Shown here one piece after another: positions 62,851-64,000 of a stretch of 64,000 bases of DNA. Position numbers and translations under genes: made by a program. Origin of the DNA: Salinispira sp. (lineage in GTDB: Bacteria > Spirochaetota > Spirochaetia > DSM-27196 > Salinispiraceae); NCBI GenBank assembly GCA_965226555.1, contig CBDDDG010000022.1, forward strand, positions 64,001 through 128,000, given 5' to 3'. How positions within the stretch are numbered: position 1 is the stretch's first letter; every line of letters starts with the position of its first letter. The notes below the pieces were generated by a model. The model saw nothing but the letters and a program-made list of their open reading frames with translations, ran no database searches and was not told where the DNA came from.

Positions 62851-62880
62851 GGAAAATTTTGCATTTTGCAAAAATTTCTA
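62851..62880. repeat. Isolated C-type palindromic module between divergent genes
   Basis: GAAAATTTTGCA-tt-TTGCAAAAATTTC. Confidence 0.6.
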
Positions 62881-62906
62881 GTGTATACTGTAATGTAGGT
62901 AGGTTC

Positions 62907-64000
62907 ATGGAAAAAACGTTACTTGTTTTTATTTGTGTTGTTTTTATTTTTCTTGGTATAGGCGGGCTTCTTTTATTTCAGCAGAGCGCGTTTCTCAATC
63001 CGTTTCAGAAACTGTACACCTTCGATGTTCCTGTTTTTGCTACCGGTGATATTCTGGGTAACAATTATATTATCGATTCAGCATTCAAAAGGGTGAGTAA
63101 GATACAGCCTGATGGTAAGATTGTATATCAGATTAACGGCGGACTCCGAAATGATAATCAGTTCTTTTATGTTAACCAGATTGCAGTAAATGATGATGGA
63201 TATTTATTCCTTCTTGATGAGACAAGGGATGAAAAAGGGTTTTATGTTCTCCGTGAACGAATTCTCCTCTATTCTCCGCAGGGCAAATTTCTTGGCGTTC
63301 TCCATGAAATAAATTATCCGGTTGATCTCAATGATCCCACTCTTGTACAACGCGGCCGGATAAATAAGCTTGCCGCCTCAGAAAACCGTGCGGTTACCTA
63401 CTATATTCTGGAAGAAAATGAAATTATCATAAACGAGGTAAATTTCGCAATAGAAAATGATCGGCTTTCCGAAGGTTCCATTACGTCAATTCAGGAAAGA
63501 AAGTATACCTATCCCGATACCCTTTTAAATATTGCCGACATTATTGAATTCCGCAATTCCCCCGTTGTTACTCTTCGGAATGGTACAATAAAGCTCCTGA
63601 GTAATACGGGCAGGGAAGATGATACCATCCTTTTTTCAGGGCAACGGAGTTCTCAAAATTCCAAACGAATTGTTCCATGGGAACTTGCCTCAGACAGTCA
63701 AAATAATATCTTTTTTGTCGATTTGGAAAGTCGGGCAATTCGTGACCTCAATGGAAACATTATCCTCGATCGTGACCGTATTGCCTCTGCGACCGGCATT
63801 GAAGATTTCGATGAGTATGACTATTACCGTCTGGACATTTCTGACAATGATATCCTTTACACGACCAATGATGTTGGTGTTGTAAGCTACTCTTTCACGG
63901 ATGGCAGTATCTCGTTTGAAGATACTGCCGAATTCAGTCAATATCAGATTCTCATCATTGTATTGTGGTGGGTAAGTTTGCTTGTTTTTATTGTCTCATT
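62907..64000 (+). CDS. Membrane protein with extracytoplasmic NHL/beta-propeller-like domain, 3'-truncated by the window edge (absent from ORF track)
   Basis: MEKTLLVFICVVFIFLG TM; YIIDS..KRV, QIAVNDDGYLFLLD, RERILLYSPQGKFL; second TM in the same frame at the window end. Confidence 0.75.
   Translation, partial: MEKTLLVFICVVFIFLGIGGLLLFQQSAFLNPFQKLYTFDVPVFATGDILGNNYIIDSAFKRVSKIQPDGKIVYQINGGLRNDNQFFYVNQIAVNDDGYLFLLDETRDEKGFYVLRERILLYSPQGKFLGVLHEINYPVDLNDPTLVQRGRINKLAASENRAVTYYILEENEIIINEVNFAIENDRLSEGSITSIQERKYTYPDTLLNIADIIEFRNSPVVTLRNGTIKLLSNTGREDDTILFSGQRSSQNSKRIVPWELASDSQNNIFFVDLESRAIRDLNGNIILDRDRIASATGIEDFDEYDYYRLDISDNDILYTTNDVGVVSYSFTDGSISFEDTAEFSQYQILIIVLWWVSLLVFIVS

Overview
Bacterial chromosomal window, most consistent with a spirochaete (Spirochaetales-type rpsU, pallilysin-related lipoprotein, TPR and beta-barrel genes). 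Layout: (1) 1-26.7 kb core genes (pyrimidine-nucleoside phosphorylase, recJ, M23 peptidase, rpsU with an apparent ATC start missed by the ORF track, TPR proteins, mutL, two predicted outer-membrane proteins, voltage-sensor-domain protein, HD hydrolase), with a small AT-rich cassette at 2.2-4.1 kb (ClpP-fold SDH protease, small ORF, Panacea/SocA-type antitoxin). (2) 26.8-43.6 kb sugar-utilisation region (GH4, two ABC systems, AGE epimerase, FAD oxidoreductase, DUF4127, GH38). (3) 43.9-54.8 kb defence-like island: probable type II R-M pair, a large DEAD/DEAH-DUF1998 helicase split by a complete IS3 element (4-bp TSD), its overlapping upstream partner ending in a domain resembling archaeal/eukaryotic ribosomal protein eL13, and a PD-(D/E)XK/DUF4268-like protein. 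(4) 55-64 kb genes with many frameshifts, probably assembly errors. A family of modular palindromic repeats recurs just upstream of start codons across the window. No tRNA, rRNA or CRISPR array was seen. All family assignments are from motif recognition by eye, not from database searches.
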